Positions 37,099 through 47,072 of a stretch of DNA of 64,000 bases are shown in pieces; position 1 is the stretch's first letter; the number at the start of each line of letters is the position of its first letter. Source of the DNA: Candidatus Woesearchaeota archaeon (GTDB lineage: Archaea; Nanobdellota; Nanobdellia; Pacearchaeales; UBA284); contig CAYUCT010000002.1 of NCBI GenBank assembly GCA_964443565.1, positions 2,036-66,035 on the forward strand, in the 5' to 3' direction. The notes beneath the pieces were generated by a model, which was not told the DNA's origin, ran no database searches, and saw only the letters and a list, made by a program, of their open reading frames with translations. The translations under genes and the position numbers were made by a program.

Positions 37099-37772
37099 TT
37101 AAGAAAAAAATAGTTGGAATAAGAAAACAAGAATATCAATTAAAAGAATATATTATGAATAAATTAGGAAAAGGAAAAATAACCGATTTAAAAATAGAAA
37201 GAACACCAATTGGAGAAAAAGTAATATTGATAACTGCGCATCCTGGTTGGGTAATTGGAAGAGATGGAAGTAGTATTCAAGAAATATCTAATGACTTAAG
37301 AAATATTTTCAAATTTGAAAATCCACAAGTAGAAATTGCGGAATTAAAAAATCCAGAACATAACGCAAAATATATTGCTGATCAAATGGCAATGTCTCTA
37401 GAAAAATTTGGACCTTTGGGATTTAAAATTGTTGCATATAGGGAATTAGAAAGACTAACAAAAAGCGGATGTCTTGGAGCAGAGATAAGATTAAGTGGAA
37501 GATTACCGAGTGAAAGGGCAAAATCATGGAGATTTGGATTTGGATACTTAATTAAAACAGGAGAATATGTTAAAATTTGTGACAAAGCAAAATCAATTGC
37601 ATTTACTAGACCAGGGGTTATAGGAGTAAAAGTTTCTTTAATTCCAAAAGGAACAAAAATTCCAGATAAAATAGAAATAAACAAAGAAATAATTGATCAA
37701 CAATTAAAAAGATTAGAAGACGAAATAAATAATGAAAAAACAGAAAAAGGAAAAAAGAAAATAAATAAATGA
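37095..37772 (+). CDS. rps3: 30S ribosomal protein S3
   Basis: RTPIG, PGWVIGRDG KH motif, GAEIRLSGRL..ERAK, GVIGVKV. Confidence 0.96.
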   Translation: MIKKKIVGIRKQEYQLKEYIMNKLGKGKITDLKIERTPIGEKVILITAHPGWVIGRDGSSIQEISNDLRNIFKFENPQVEIAELKNPEHNAKYIADQMAMSLEKFGPLGFKIVAYRELERLTKSGCLGAEIRLSGRLPSERAKSWRFGFGYLIKTGEYVKICDKAKSIAFTRPGVIGVKVSLIPKGTKIPDKIEINKEIIDQQLKRLEDEINNEKTEKGKKKINK

Positions 37773-37791
37773 ATAAATAAATCTAAAAAAT

Positions 37792-37813
37792 AAAAATGGC
37801 AATAATAAAAAAA
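37792..37813 (+). repeat. 22-bp direct repeat spanning the rpl18 start (second copy 42904-42925 at the rpl29 start)
   Basis: AAAAATGGCAATAATAAAAAAA at both sites. Confidence 0.9.
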
Positions 37814-38281
37814 ATATTGGAAAGAAGGAGAAGAATAGGAAAAACAGATTATGCTGCAAGATTAGCATTTTTAAAATCTGGAGAAAAAAGATTAGTTATA
37901 AGAAAAACAAATAGACATTTGGTTGCGCATATAATTGAAACAAAAAAATTAATTGATTATACTTTAATTTCCATCAATTCAAAGGAATTAGAAAAAGAAG
38001 GAATGAAAAATACAAATAATATAGTTTCAGCATATTTAGTAGGATATTTATTAGGAAAAAAAGCAATTAAACAAAATATTAAAAAATTAATTTTAGACCT
38101 GGGTTTACAAACATCAACAAAAGGTTCAAAATTATATGCCGTCGTAAAGGGGGCAATAGATGCAGGAGTAGAAATTCCTTGCGATAAAAAAATGTTTCCA
38201 AGTCAAGATAGAATTGATGGAAAACATCTAAAAGAAGACAAAACAAAGATAATAAATGAAATAAAAAACAAATTAAAATAA
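37796..38281 (+). CDS. rpl18: 50S ribosomal protein L18 (non-canonical operon position)
   Basis: RRRRIGKTDY..RL, RLVIRKTN, AYLVGYL, LDLGL, KGAIDAG. Confidence 0.96.
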   Translation: MAIIKKILERRRRIGKTDYAARLAFLKSGEKRLVIRKTNRHLVAHIIETKKLIDYTLISINSKELEKEGMKNTNNIVSAYLVGYLLGKKAIKQNIKKLILDLGLQTSTKGSKLYAVVKGAIDAGVEIPCDKKMFPSQDRIDGKHLKEDKTKIINEIKNKLK

Positions 38282-38282
38282 A

Positions 38283-38612
38283 ATGGAAAAAATAGAAAAT
38301 AAAAAAGAAAATATTGAAAAAAAGAAAATTGAATGCACCGACGTAAAATGCCCATTTCACGGAAATTTAAAAATCCGAGGAAGATATTTTACGGGGAAAG
38401 TAAAAAAAGTTTTTCCTAAAAGAATTGTTGTTGAAATAGAGAGATTTATAAAAAACACAAAATATGAAAGATTTTCTAAATCAAAATCTAGATTTCATGC
38501 TTATTTACCCGAATGCGTAAAAAACCAAATCAATGTTGGAGATACTGTTACTGTCGGGGAAACAAGACAATTAAGCAAGATAATAAATTTTGTTTTTATT
38601 AAAAAACTTTAA
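38283..38612 (+). CDS. rps17: 30S ribosomal protein S17
   Basis: CTDVKCPFHG..RGR, KYER, GETRQLSK. Confidence 0.96.
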   Translation: MEKIENKKENIEKKKIECTDVKCPFHGNLKIRGRYFTGKVKKVFPKRIVVEIERFIKNTKYERFSKSKSRFHAYLPECVKNQINVGDTVTVGETRQLSKIINFVFIKKL

Positions 38613-38613
38613 A

Positions 38614-39015
38614 ATGAAATCAGTAAACGCAAGAGTAACTAATGGATTAAATTTAGGAAGTGAAATTAATTCCGCAGATAATAGTGGAGCCAAGAGAATA
38701 CGAATTGTTGGAATCAAGAGAGGAAAAGGAAGAAAAGGTAGACAACTTTCATGCGGAATAGGAGATCTTGTAAGAGTTAGTGTACGAAAAGGATTAAAAG
38801 AAATGAAAGGGCAGGTTTTTCTTGCAGTGATTGTAAGACAAAGAAAAGATTATAGGAGATTAACAGGAGAAAGAATTTGTTTTGAAGATAATGCTGCGGT
38901 TTTAGTAAAAGATGAAGACGGAAATCCAAAAGGAACACAAATAAAGGGGCCAATTTCAAGAGAATCTGCAGATAGATGGCCATTTGTAGCAAAAATTGCC
39001 ACAATGATAGTTTAA
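38614..39015 (+). CDS. rpl14: 50S ribosomal protein L14 (start revised to ATG at 38614)
   Basis: ADNSGAK, VIVRQRK, FEDNAAV, PKGTQIKGPI. Confidence 0.97.
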   Translation: MKSVNARVTNGLNLGSEINSADNSGAKRIRIVGIKRGKGRKGRQLSCGIGDLVRVSVRKGLKEMKGQVFLAVIVRQRKDYRRLTGERICFEDNAAVLVKDEDGNPKGTQIKGPISRESADRWPFVAKIATMIV

Positions 39016-39044
39016 ATATTTAAAATAAAAAATACAAAAATAAA

Positions 39045-39458
39045 ATGGTAACAAAAAAATTTTCAAAAAGTTGGAATAGAAGCATACAAATAAGAAAACA
39101 AAGAAAATATCGAATAAATGCACCACATAATATTAAAAATAAATTAATCTCCTCACAATTAACAAAAAAACTTAAAGAAATCTATGGAAAAAGATCGATT
39201 TCATTAAGAAAAGGAGATATTGTAAAAATTATGGTTGGAGAATTTAAAGGAAAAAAAGGAAAAGTATCAAACATTTTCCCAAAACAAGAAAAAGTTTTTA
39301 TTGAAGGAATTGAAAAAACAAAAATAAATGGAACAAAATTTAATGTTTCAATACACCCTTCAAATTTACAAATTGAAGAATTAATCTTAACCGATAAAAA
39401 AAGAATAGTTAAAAAAACAAAACAAGAAATAAATAAAAATAAATTGGAGAAAAAATAA
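39045..39458 (+). CDS. rpl24: 50S ribosomal protein L24
   Basis: RKQRK..NAP, RKGDIVKIMVGEFKG, IHPSNL. Confidence 0.96.
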   Translation: MVTKKFSKSWNRSIQIRKQRKYRINAPHNIKNKLISSQLTKKLKEIYGKRSISLRKGDIVKIMVGEFKGKKGKVSNIFPKQEKVFIEGIEKTKINGTKFNVSIHPSNLQIEELILTDKKRIVKKTKQEINKNKLEKK

Positions 39459-39460
39459 AG

Positions 39461-40105
39461 ATGTATCAAAAAAGAATTGCAATGCCAAAAAATTGGCAAA
39501 TGCCAAAGAAAGAAAAAAAATATGTAATTAATTCAAGAGCCGGGCAAAATAAAAATTATTCTGTACCAATATTGATTATCCTTAGAGATTTAGCAAAAGT
39601 GGTAAATAATACCAAAGAATGTAAAATTGCTTTGAAACAAGGAGATGTTTTAGTAAATAATAAAAAAATAACAGATACCAAATTTTCAGTAGGAATTTTA
39701 GATAAAGTGTATATAAAGAAAGAAGAAAAATATTTTATTTTAACATTAAATAATAAAGGAATTGTTTTAAAAGAAATATCTGCAAAAGATTATTCCACAA
39801 AAATAACCAAAATTATTAATAAAAGAATTTTAAAAGGAAAAAAAGTACAAATCAATTGTTTTGATGGAAGAAATTTTTTATGTAACAAAGAATTGAAAGT
39901 TGGAGACGGTCTTTTAATAGATACTGCAAAAAATGAAATAATAAAAGTTTTACCTTTAAAGAAAGGTGCAAAAATTTTTGCTATAAAAGGGAAACATATG
40001 GGAAAAGAAGGAATAGTTCAAGAAATTGAAGAAAAAGAAGCAAATGTTCTTTTTAATGACGAAAAAGCAAAAATAAGATTAGAAAGCCTAATGATTATTG
40101 AATAA
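39461..40105 (+). CDS. rps4e: 30S ribosomal protein S4e
   Basis: KRIAMPKNW, LRD, DGRN, GKHMG. Confidence 0.94.
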   Translation: MYQKRIAMPKNWQMPKKEKKYVINSRAGQNKNYSVPILIILRDLAKVVNNTKECKIALKQGDVLVNNKKITDTKFSVGILDKVYIKKEEKYFILTLNNKGIVLKEISAKDYSTKITKIINKRILKGKKVQINCFDGRNFLCNKELKVGDGLLIDTAKNEIIKVLPLKKGAKIFAIKGKHMGKEGIVQEIEEKEANVLFNDEKAKIRLESLMIIE

Positions 40106-40107
40106 GA

Positions 40108-40638
40108 ATGGCAAAAGAAAATAAGAATAAAAATGAGAACCCTATGAGGGAAATTACAATAGACAGCGTTACATTGCATTGTTCTACTGTTGAACCCGCA
40201 AAACTCGAAAAATGCATTAAATTACTTAAAATAATCACCGGAGTAACTCCTGTAAAAACCCTTGCAAGAAAAAGAATTCCAACATTTAAAATTCGTCCAG
40301 GATTAGAAATTGGATGTAAAACGACATTAAGAAAAGAAAAAGCAATAGAAGTTTTGAAAGCAGTGCTTGTCGGAGTTCCATCATTAAGAAAAAAACAATT
40401 TGGAGAAGGAATATTTGCCTTCGGAATTAAAGAATATATCGAAATCCCGTCTATTCCATATCAAAGAGACCTTGGAATGATTGGTTTTGAAGTCATGGTC
40501 ACATTAAAAAGAAAAGGTTTTAGAGTTTCTAAAAGAAAATTAAAAACAAGTAAAGTTGGAAGTTCACATAAAATTAGTAAAGAAGAAACAATAAACTTCT
40601 TTACAAAAAACTTTAACATACCATTAGAAGAAAAATAA
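40108..40638 (+). CDS. rpl5: 50S ribosomal protein L5
   Basis: NPMREI, FKIRPG..IGCKTTLR, FGIKEYIEIP. Confidence 0.96.
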   Translation: MAKENKNKNENPMREITIDSVTLHCSTVEPAKLEKCIKLLKIITGVTPVKTLARKRIPTFKIRPGLEIGCKTTLRKEKAIEVLKAVLVGVPSLRKKQFGEGIFAFGIKEYIEIPSIPYQRDLGMIGFEVMVTLKRKGFRVSKRKLKTSKVGSSHKISKEETINFFTKNFNIPLEEK

Positions 40639-40692
40639 AAAAATCATTAAAAAAATATAATAAATAAATTAAAAACAAATAAAAAAACAAAA

Positions 40693-40923
40693 ATGACTGC
40701 AAGTGATTGGAAAAAGATGTTTAAACAATTGGACTCTAAACCAGCTATTAAATCTAGATACATAAAGTTTTGTAAACCAAAAGATAGGACTACTGGAATT
40801 GCAAAACAAAAATGTGTACGATGTGGAAGATTCGGAGCCCATTTAAATCAATATGGATTACATCTTTGCCGACATTGTTTTAGAGAAATTGCAGAAAAAA
40901 TTGGATTTAAAAAATATCACTAG
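40693..40923 (+). CDS. rps14: 30S ribosomal protein S14 (Zn type)
   Basis: CVRCG...[19 protein letters not shown]. Confidence 0.96.
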   Translation: MTASDWKKMFKQLDSKPAIKSRYIKFCKPKDRTTGIAKQKCVRCGRFGAHLNQYGLHLCRHCFREIAEKIGFKKYH

Positions 40924-40932
40924 GAGGAAAAA

Positions 40933-41319
40933 ATGGTAGTAAGAGATTGGTTAAGCGCAACATTGAATGATTTTATGAATTGCAAAAAGGCAGGAAAAAA
41001 AGAGACCGTAATTATGCCTGTATCTAAATTAATTGTAAATGTATTAAAAATTCTTCAAAAACACGAATATGTTAAAGAATATAAAATTGAAGAAGGAAAA
41101 TTCCAAAGAATAATTGTTTCATTAGGAAGAATAAATAATTGCAAAGCAGTAAAACCAAGATTTTATGTAAAAAAAGATGAATTTGAAAAATATATTCAAA
41201 GATACTTGCCTGCAAGAGATTTTGGTATTTTGATTATCTCAACGAGCAAGGGATTAATGACCCATAAAGAAGCAATGGAAATGGGTATTGGCGGGAGTGT
41301 TATAGCTTATTGTTATTAA
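40933..41319 (+). CDS. rps8: 30S ribosomal protein S8
   Basis: GRINNC..VKPR, YLPARDFG, STSKGLMTH; GGAGG upstream. Confidence 0.96.
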   Translation: MVVRDWLSATLNDFMNCKKAGKKETVIMPVSKLIVNVLKILQKHEYVKEYKIEEGKFQRIIVSLGRINNCKAVKPRFYVKKDEFEKYIQRYLPARDFGILIISTSKGLMTHKEAMEMGIGGSVIAYCY

Positions 41320-41326
41320 ATATAAA

Positions 41327-41872
41327 ATGAAAAAAGAAATTAAAAAAACAATTCAAATTCCAGAAGGAGTCCAAGCAGATATTAATCTAACAACAGTTAA
41401 AATTTCTGGACCAAAAGGAACAGTAGAAAAAGAATTTAAAACAAAAATTATCAAAATTGAAAAAGAAGATAGAAAAATTATAATAAAAAAAGAAAAAGCA
41501 AATAAAAAAGAAAAAACACTGATTGGAACAATAGAAAGCATAATCAATGGAATGATTAAGGGAGTTCAAGAAGAATATTTATATGAAATACAAATCTGTT
41601 CAGTTCACTTTCCAATGAATGTAAAATTGGAAGGAAATAAAATAGTTATTAAAAACTTTTTTGGAGAAAACAAAGATAGAATTGTAAACCTTCCAAAAGG
41701 AGTTAAAGTGAAAATAGATGGAGACATAATTGGAATCACTTCTCCTGACAAAGAATTAGCAGGAAACACAGCCACACTTTGTGAACAATCAACAAGATTA
41801 ACAAAAAGGGATAGAAGAATATTTCAAGACGGATTATGGATTATAACTAAACAAAAAGGGAGACACACTTAA
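41327..41872 (+). CDS. rpl6: 50S ribosomal protein L6
   Basis: IPEGV, GPKG, HFPM, NFFGE, DRRIFQDG. Confidence 0.96.
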   Translation: MKKEIKKTIQIPEGVQADINLTTVKISGPKGTVEKEFKTKIIKIEKEDRKIIIKKEKANKKEKTLIGTIESIINGMIKGVQEEYLYEIQICSVHFPMNVKLEGNKIVIKNFFGENKDRIVNLPKGVKVKIDGDIIGITSPDKELAGNTATLCEQSTRLTKRDRRIFQDGLWIITKQKGRHT

Positions 41873-41873
41873 A

Positions 41874-42449
41874 ATGGTAGAAAAAGAAAAATTATTACAA
41901 GTAAGAAAAATACAAAAGAAAAGAAAACCAAAATTTTATAGAAAAGATTCTTTTAAACTTTCAAGATTAGGAAAAGGAAGAAAAAAGAAATTAAAATGGA
42001 GAATGCCAACAGGAAAACATAGTAAAGTTAGAGAAAAAGAAAAAAGTTATCCTATTCAACCATCTATCGGATTCAGATCCCCTAAAAAGATAAGAGGATT
42101 TGTTCAAGGATTAAAAATAAAATTTGTTTCAAATTTAAAAGAATTGGAAATCATAAATAAAAATGAAGAGATTGCAATAATTAGAAATGTGGGATTGAGA
42201 AAGAAAAAAGAAATTTTACAAAAAGCAAAAGATAAGGGAATAATGGTATATGCAACAGACATAGAAAAAGGAATTTTAATGATTAATAAAAAAATTGAAA
42301 CTCAACAGAAAAAAAAAGAAGAAAGAAAAAATAAGAAAAAAATAAAATCTGAAAAAAAGATTGAAACAAAACCCGAAGAAAAAAAAGAAATAGTAAATAA
42401 AGAAAAAATTGAAGAAATAAAAGAAATTAAAGAAACAAAAAAAGTATAA
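41874..42449 (+). CDS. rpl32e: 50S ribosomal protein L32e with charged C-terminal extension
   Basis: KPKFYR..KWRMPTGKHSKVR..PSIGFRSP. Confidence 0.94.
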   Translation: MVEKEKLLQVRKIQKKRKPKFYRKDSFKLSRLGKGRKKKLKWRMPTGKHSKVREKEKSYPIQPSIGFRSPKKIRGFVQGLKIKFVSNLKELEIINKNEEIAIIRNVGLRKKKEILQKAKDKGIMVYATDIEKGILMINKKIETQQKKKEERKNKKKIKSEKKIETKPEEKKEIVNKEKIEEIKEIKETKKV

Positions 42450-42450
42450 A

Positions 42451-42885
42451 ATGAAAACCTTAAAATTACAAAAGAGATTATCTGCAGAAATATTAGGTGT
42501 AGGAATAAACTCGGTGATATTTGATGAAGATAAATTAAACGAAATAAATGAAGCTATAACAAATCAGGATATTAAACAATTAATTAAAGAAGGAGCAATT
42601 AAAAAAAGACCAAACTTAGGAATAAAAAGAAGGGCAGGAAAAATTAGGGATAAAAGAAAGAAAAAAGGAAGAAGACGAAGGGCAGGAAAAATTAGAAAAA
42701 AAGTATATGATAGAAAAGGAGATTATATTAAAGAAATAAGAGTAATTCGAAAATATTTAGAAAATCAAAGAGAAGCAGGAAAAATCTCAAATATTCAATA
42801 TAAAACAATAAGAAATCTTGCAAAATCTGGGAAAATAACAAATAAAAGAGAATTGATAAACCATCTAAAAGAACATATTAAATAA
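42451..42885 (+). CDS. rpl19e: 50S ribosomal protein L19e
   Basis: LKLQKRLSAEILGVG, AITNQDIKQLIKEG, KKGRRR. Confidence 0.94.
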   Translation: MKTLKLQKRLSAEILGVGINSVIFDEDKLNEINEAITNQDIKQLIKEGAIKKRPNLGIKRRAGKIRDKRKKKGRRRRAGKIRKKVYDRKGDYIKEIRVIRKYLENQREAGKISNIQYKTIRNLAKSGKITNKRELINHLKEHIK

Positions 42886-42907
42886 AAAAAATTGAATGAC
42901 ATGAAAA

Positions 42908-43120
42908 ATGGCAATAATAAAAAAATCAGAAATTAAAAAAATGAATAATGCTGAAGCAGAACAGAAAGTTAAAGATTTAAAATTAGAACTTTTAAAAATA
43001 AAATCCCAAAAAGCAACCCAAAGCTCAACTGGAACAAAAAAAGCAAAAGAAATTAAAAAAACGGTTGCAAGAATTAAAACATTAATAAACCGTAAAACCG
43101 ATAAAATTAATACTAAATAA
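42908..43120 (+). CDS. rpl29: 50S ribosomal protein L29 (non-canonical operon position)
   Basis: EIKKM..LKLELLK..KEIKKTVARIKT. Confidence 0.92.
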   Translation: MAIIKKSEIKKMNNAEAEQKVKDLKLELLKIKSQKATQSSTGTKKAKEIKKTVARIKTLINRKTDKINTK

Positions 43121-43121
43121 T

Positions 43122-43418
43122 ATGGAAATTTGCCCAAAATGTGGATTACCAATTGCGGCATGTATCTGCAATGAATTATCCAAAAATAGCCAAAAAGTAA
43201 AAATAGAAAAGATTAAAAGACGATTTGGTAAAATTGTCACGATGGTTTCCGGAATAGATGATAACGGAAAAGATGTTGCAAAAAAATTGAAAGAAGAATT
43301 GGCTTGTGGGGGGACATATAAAAACCAAATTATTGAATTGCAAGGAGACCATGCTAAAAAAACAAAAGAAATATTAATAAGGTTAGGATTTAATCAAGAA
43401 AATATTGAAGATAGATAA
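43122..43418 (+). CDS. sui1: Translation initiation factor aIF-1 (SUI1)
   Basis: CPKCGLP..CIC, RRFGKIVT, LACGGT, IELQGDH. Confidence 0.95.
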   Translation: MEICPKCGLPIAACICNELSKNSQKVKIEKIKRRFGKIVTMVSGIDDNGKDVAKKLKEELACGGTYKNQIIELQGDHAKKTKEILIRLGFNQENIEDR

Positions 43419-43435
43419 AATTTAAAAAAATAAAA

Positions 43436-44149
43436 ATGGAAAAAGAAAACAAAAACAATTTCAGAAAAAAAAGATCCAAAGATGGTTCTAAAGATAAATT
43501 TAGAAAAGAAGAAATCATAGAATGGATTCCAAAAACAGAATTGGGACGAGAAGTCATGGCAGGAAAAATTAAAACCATAGACGAAATAATTGAGCAAAAC
43601 AAAAAAATATTTGAATCTGGAATTGTAGATCATTTAATTCCCAATTTAGACATGGAACTTATTAATATTGGCCAAGCTAAAGGAAAATTTGGAGGAGGAA
43701 AAAGACGTCCTTGGAGACAAACACAAAAGAAAACTTGTGAAGGAAATGTTCCAACTTTCTCTTGTCTCGTTGTTGTCGGAGATCAAAATGGCCATGTGGG
43801 ATTAGGTTTAGGAAAAGCAAAAGAAACAATACCTGCAAAAGGAAAAGCAATTAAAAATGCAAAAGTAAATCTTGTGCAAATAAATCGTGGGTGCGGGAGT
43901 TTCCATTGTACATGTAATGAAAAACATAGTATCCCCTTTGAAGTAAAAGGAAAATGTGGGAGTTCAAAGATTGTTTTAATGCCTGCCCCAAAAGGAACAG
44001 GACTTGCAATAGACGGAGAATGTAAAAAAATATTAAAACTTGCAGGAATTAAGGATGTATATAGTAAAACTTATGGACAAACAAGAACAAAAATAAATCT
44101 TGCTAGGGCTTGCATGGATGCACTTCAAAAATTAAATAAATTTATTTAA
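43436..44149 (+). CDS. rps5: 30S ribosomal protein S5
   Basis: WIPKTELGR, VVGDQNGHVGLG, RGCGS, PAPKGTGL, LAGIKDV. Confidence 0.97.
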   Translation: MEKENKNNFRKKRSKDGSKDKFRKEEIIEWIPKTELGREVMAGKIKTIDEIIEQNKKIFESGIVDHLIPNLDMELINIGQAKGKFGGGKRRPWRQTQKKTCEGNVPTFSCLVVVGDQNGHVGLGLGKAKETIPAKGKAIKNAKVNLVQINRGCGSFHCTCNEKHSIPFEVKGKCGSSKIVLMPAPKGTGLAIDGECKKILKLAGIKDVYSKTYGQTRTKINLARACMDALQKLNKFI

Positions 44150-44157
44150 AAAACAAA

Positions 44158-44598
44158 ATGACAAAAATAATTTTAGTAAGAATACGAGGAATGGTTAATG
44201 TAGATTTTAGAATAGAAACAACTTTAGATTTATTAAGATTAAGAAAAAAATTTTCTTGCGTATTAATTGAAAACAAAAAAGAATATTTAGGAATGATTGA
44301 AAAAGCAAAAGATTATATTGCTTATGATGAAATAGATTTAGAAACATTAAAACTTTTATTATTAAAAAGAGCAAGATTACCGGGAAATAAAAATCCAAAT
44401 TTTGATGAAAAAACCGCCGAAGAAAATGCTAAAAAATTAATGGAAAATAAAATAACATTAGAAGAATTAAAGTTAAAACCTTTCTTTATGTTACACCCAC
44501 CAAGAGGGGGGTTTAAGGGAACAACAAAACAAGCTTGGCCAAAAGGAGTATTAGGTAAAAACAAAGATCTTAATAAATTAATACAAAAAATGCTTTAA
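44158..44598 (+). CDS. rpl30: 50S ribosomal protein L30
   Basis: VRIRG..TLDLLRL, LHPPRGGF, LIQKML. Confidence 0.95.
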   Translation: MTKIILVRIRGMVNVDFRIETTLDLLRLRKKFSCVLIENKKEYLGMIEKAKDYIAYDEIDLETLKLLLLKRARLPGNKNPNFDEKTAEENAKKLMENKITLEELKLKPFFMLHPPRGGFKGTTKQAWPKGVLGKNKDLNKLIQKML

Positions 44599-44631
44599 AC
44601 ACTTAAATAAAAAAACATTTATAAAAATAAA

Positions 44632-45084
44632 ATGGCAACGAAAAGAGCAAAAAGATCTAGAATACGAGGAAGTACTACTTGTGGTTATGGATATAAAAAG
44701 AAACACAGGGGGAAAGGAAGTAAGGGTGGAAAAGGAATGTCTGGAACAGGAAAAAGATCTGGGCAAAAACATACTTATGTATTAAAATATTTTCCAGATT
44801 ATTTTGGAAAAAGAGGATTCACTACTGAAAAAAATACTAAAATAAAATTAAGAGTAATTAATTTATCAGATATCCAAGAAAAATTAAACACTTTTTTAAA
44901 ACAAGGAATTGCAAAAAAAAGTGGTTCAACTATCGAAATAGATTTAACAGGATTTAAAATTCTTTCAGGTGGTTCTATTGAAGATAAAATAAAAATTAAG
45001 GCTTCTTCATTCTCAGAAAAAGCAATTGAAAAATTAAAAAAAGCTGGTTGTATGATAGATAATTTCAAAGAAGTCTCAAATTAA
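44632..45084 (+). CDS. rpl15: 50S ribosomal protein L15
   Basis: RGSTTCGYG..RGKGSKGGKGMSG, FGKRGF, SEKAIEKL. Confidence 0.96.
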   Translation: MATKRAKRSRIRGSTTCGYGYKKKHRGKGSKGGKGMSGTGKRSGQKHTYVLKYFPDYFGKRGFTTEKNTKIKLRVINLSDIQEKLNTFLKQGIAKKSGSTIEIDLTGFKILSGGSIEDKIKIKASSFSEKAIEKLKKAGCMIDNFKEVSN

Positions 45085-45181
45085 ATAAGATAGAAATTAA
45101 TAAAAAATATTTATATATCCTTTTTTATATATTTATTAAGTAAATTAAAGAAGAAAATAATTAATATTATCTAAGAAAAAA

Positions 45182-46552
45182 ATGGTTTTTAAAAAATTGA
45201 TTGAAAATTTGCCAGAAGTTAAAGGACCAAAAGAGAAACCCTCATTTGGAAATAGATTAAAATGGACAATTTTTATGTTAATATTCTTTTTTATTTTATC
45301 AAATATCCCACTTTATGGTTTGAGTGAAAATGCATTATCCCAATTTGAATATTTATCTATTATCTTAGGAGCAAGTTTTGGAAGTGTCATGAGTTTAGGT
45401 ATCGGGCCAATTGTTACTGCATCAATAGTATTGCAATTATTATTGGGGGCAGGACTTGTAAATATTAATGTTAAAACCCACGAAGGAAAAAGACTTTATC
45501 AGGGTATTCAAAAAATGACTGCAATCTTTTTTACAATTTTTGAAGCGTTGATTTACGTTTTAATGAGGGGATTAGAAGCTTCTCCTGGATTAGAGTTTAT
45601 ATTAATATTTCAATTATTTTTGGGTGGACTTGCGGTTATTTTAATGGATGAAGTCATCGGAAAATATGGGTTTGGAAGCGGGATAAGTTTATTTATTGTT
45701 GGGGGAGTTGCTTGGCAATTGTGTGTAAGAACATTTAATTTTATTGGACCAGAAAAAACAATCCAACCAATTGGAAAAATTCCTGTTTTAATTACTTCAA
45801 TTATTAACTCGGATGCAATCGGTGCAATTTCCGCACTGGTAGCAATCATTGCAACTATACTTATTTTTTTAATAGTAATTTATGTTCAATCTATAAAAGT
45901 AGAAATCCCCTTATCTTTTGGAAGAGTAAGAGGTTTTGGAATTAGATGGCCATTATCATTTTTATACACCAGTAACATCCCTGTCATCTTAACCGCAGCA
46001 CTCCATGCAAATTTTCAACTTTTTGCTACACTTGCACAAAAAGCTACAGGACATGCAACATTTTTAGGGGGATTTAATAGTTCGGGTGTTATAACTTCGG
46101 GATTAGTTTATTGGATTTCCGCACCAAGCGGGGGAATTTTAGATAGCATTATCACTGGATCATTTTCATGGATTATGTTAATACAATCTTTGGGATATAT
46201 TATTTTTATGGTTCTTGGTTCAATAATGTTTTCTATATTTTGGATGAAAACTTCTGGAATGGATGCACAAAGTCAGGCAAAACAATTATCTGCTAGCGGA
46301 ATGGGGGTCCCAGGATTTAGAAAAGATAATCGTATTTTTGAAAGCATTTTAGAGAGATATATTTTGCCATTAACAATTATGGGGGGGGCAGCAGTTGGAT
46401 TGCTAGCTGCGTTAGCAGACATAACCGGAGCATTAGTAAGAGGAACAGGACTATTATTAAGTGTAATGATTATTTACAAAATGTATGAAGAAATTGCACA
46501 ACAATATGCCATGGATTCAAATCCAATTGCAAAAAAAATGATTTCAATTTAA
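45182..46552 (+). CDS. secY: Preprotein translocase subunit SecY
   Basis: LGIGPIVTASIVLQLL, GFGSGISLFI, YTSNIPVIL, PGFR, GTGLLL. Confidence 0.97.
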   Translation: MVFKKLIENLPEVKGPKEKPSFGNRLKWTIFMLIFFFILSNIPLYGLSENALSQFEYLSIILGASFGSVMSLGIGPIVTASIVLQLLLGAGLVNINVKTHEGKRLYQGIQKMTAIFFTIFEALIYVLMRGLEASPGLEFILIFQLFLGGLAVILMDEVIGKYGFGSGISLFIVGGVAWQLCVRTFNFIGPEKTIQPIGKIPVLITSIINSDAIGAISALVAIIATILIFLIVIYVQSIKVEIPLSFGRVRGFGIRWPLSFLYTSNIPVILTAALHANFQLFATLAQKATGHATFLGGFNSSGVITSGLVYWISAPSGGILDSIITGSFSWIMLIQSLGYIIFMVLGSIMFSIFWMKTSGMDAQSQAKQLSASGMGVPGFRKDNRIFESILERYILPLTIMGGAAVGLLAALADITGALVRGTGLLLSVMIIYKMYEEIAQQYAMDSNPIAKKMISI

Positions 46553-46601
46553 TACAGCCTAACAAATATTTAAATTAAAACTAAAAAAATCTAAAAATAA
46601 A

Positions 46602-47057
46602 ATGATAACTTGGTTAGTTAATTTTGTTGAATGGAGTCCTTTGCTTAGTATTATACTTTTTTCATTTATTATTTCTTTTTTAATAAATTGGGTATATTCT
46701 TTAGTAATGGATAAAGAAAAAAATAAAAGATTAAAAGAAAAACAAAAAGAACTTCAAGAGGAGATTAAAAAAAATAAAGATGATCCTAAAAAATTAGGAG
46801 AAATTCAGGGAGAGATGATGCAAAATAGTTCTGAATTATTAAAAATGACGTTTAAACCCATGCTAATTACGACCGGACCATTACTTTTAATATTCTATTT
46901 TTTAAAAACATTATATGTTGAATGGGCGCAAATCGGAAATATTATTCCTTGGGGAAAACCAATTCCCATTTTTGGGGATGGGGCCGGATGGTTCTTATGC
47001 TATATTGTCTTTGGAATGATTTTTAGCATACTAACTAAGAAGATTTTTAAACTATAA
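46602..47057 (+). CDS. DUF106 / EMC3-TMCO1 (Oxa1 superfamily) membrane insertase
   Basis: TM - coiled coil - FKPMLIT..P - GWFLCY; position after secY. Confidence 0.88.
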   Translation: MITWLVNFVEWSPLLSIILFSFIISFLINWVYSLVMDKEKNKRLKEKQKELQEEIKKNKDDPKKLGEIQGEMMQNSSELLKMTFKPMLITTGPLLLIFYFLKTLYVEWAQIGNIIPWGKPIPIFGDGAGWFLCYIVFGMIFSILTKKIFKL

Positions 47058-47072
47058 TTGGAGATACATAAA

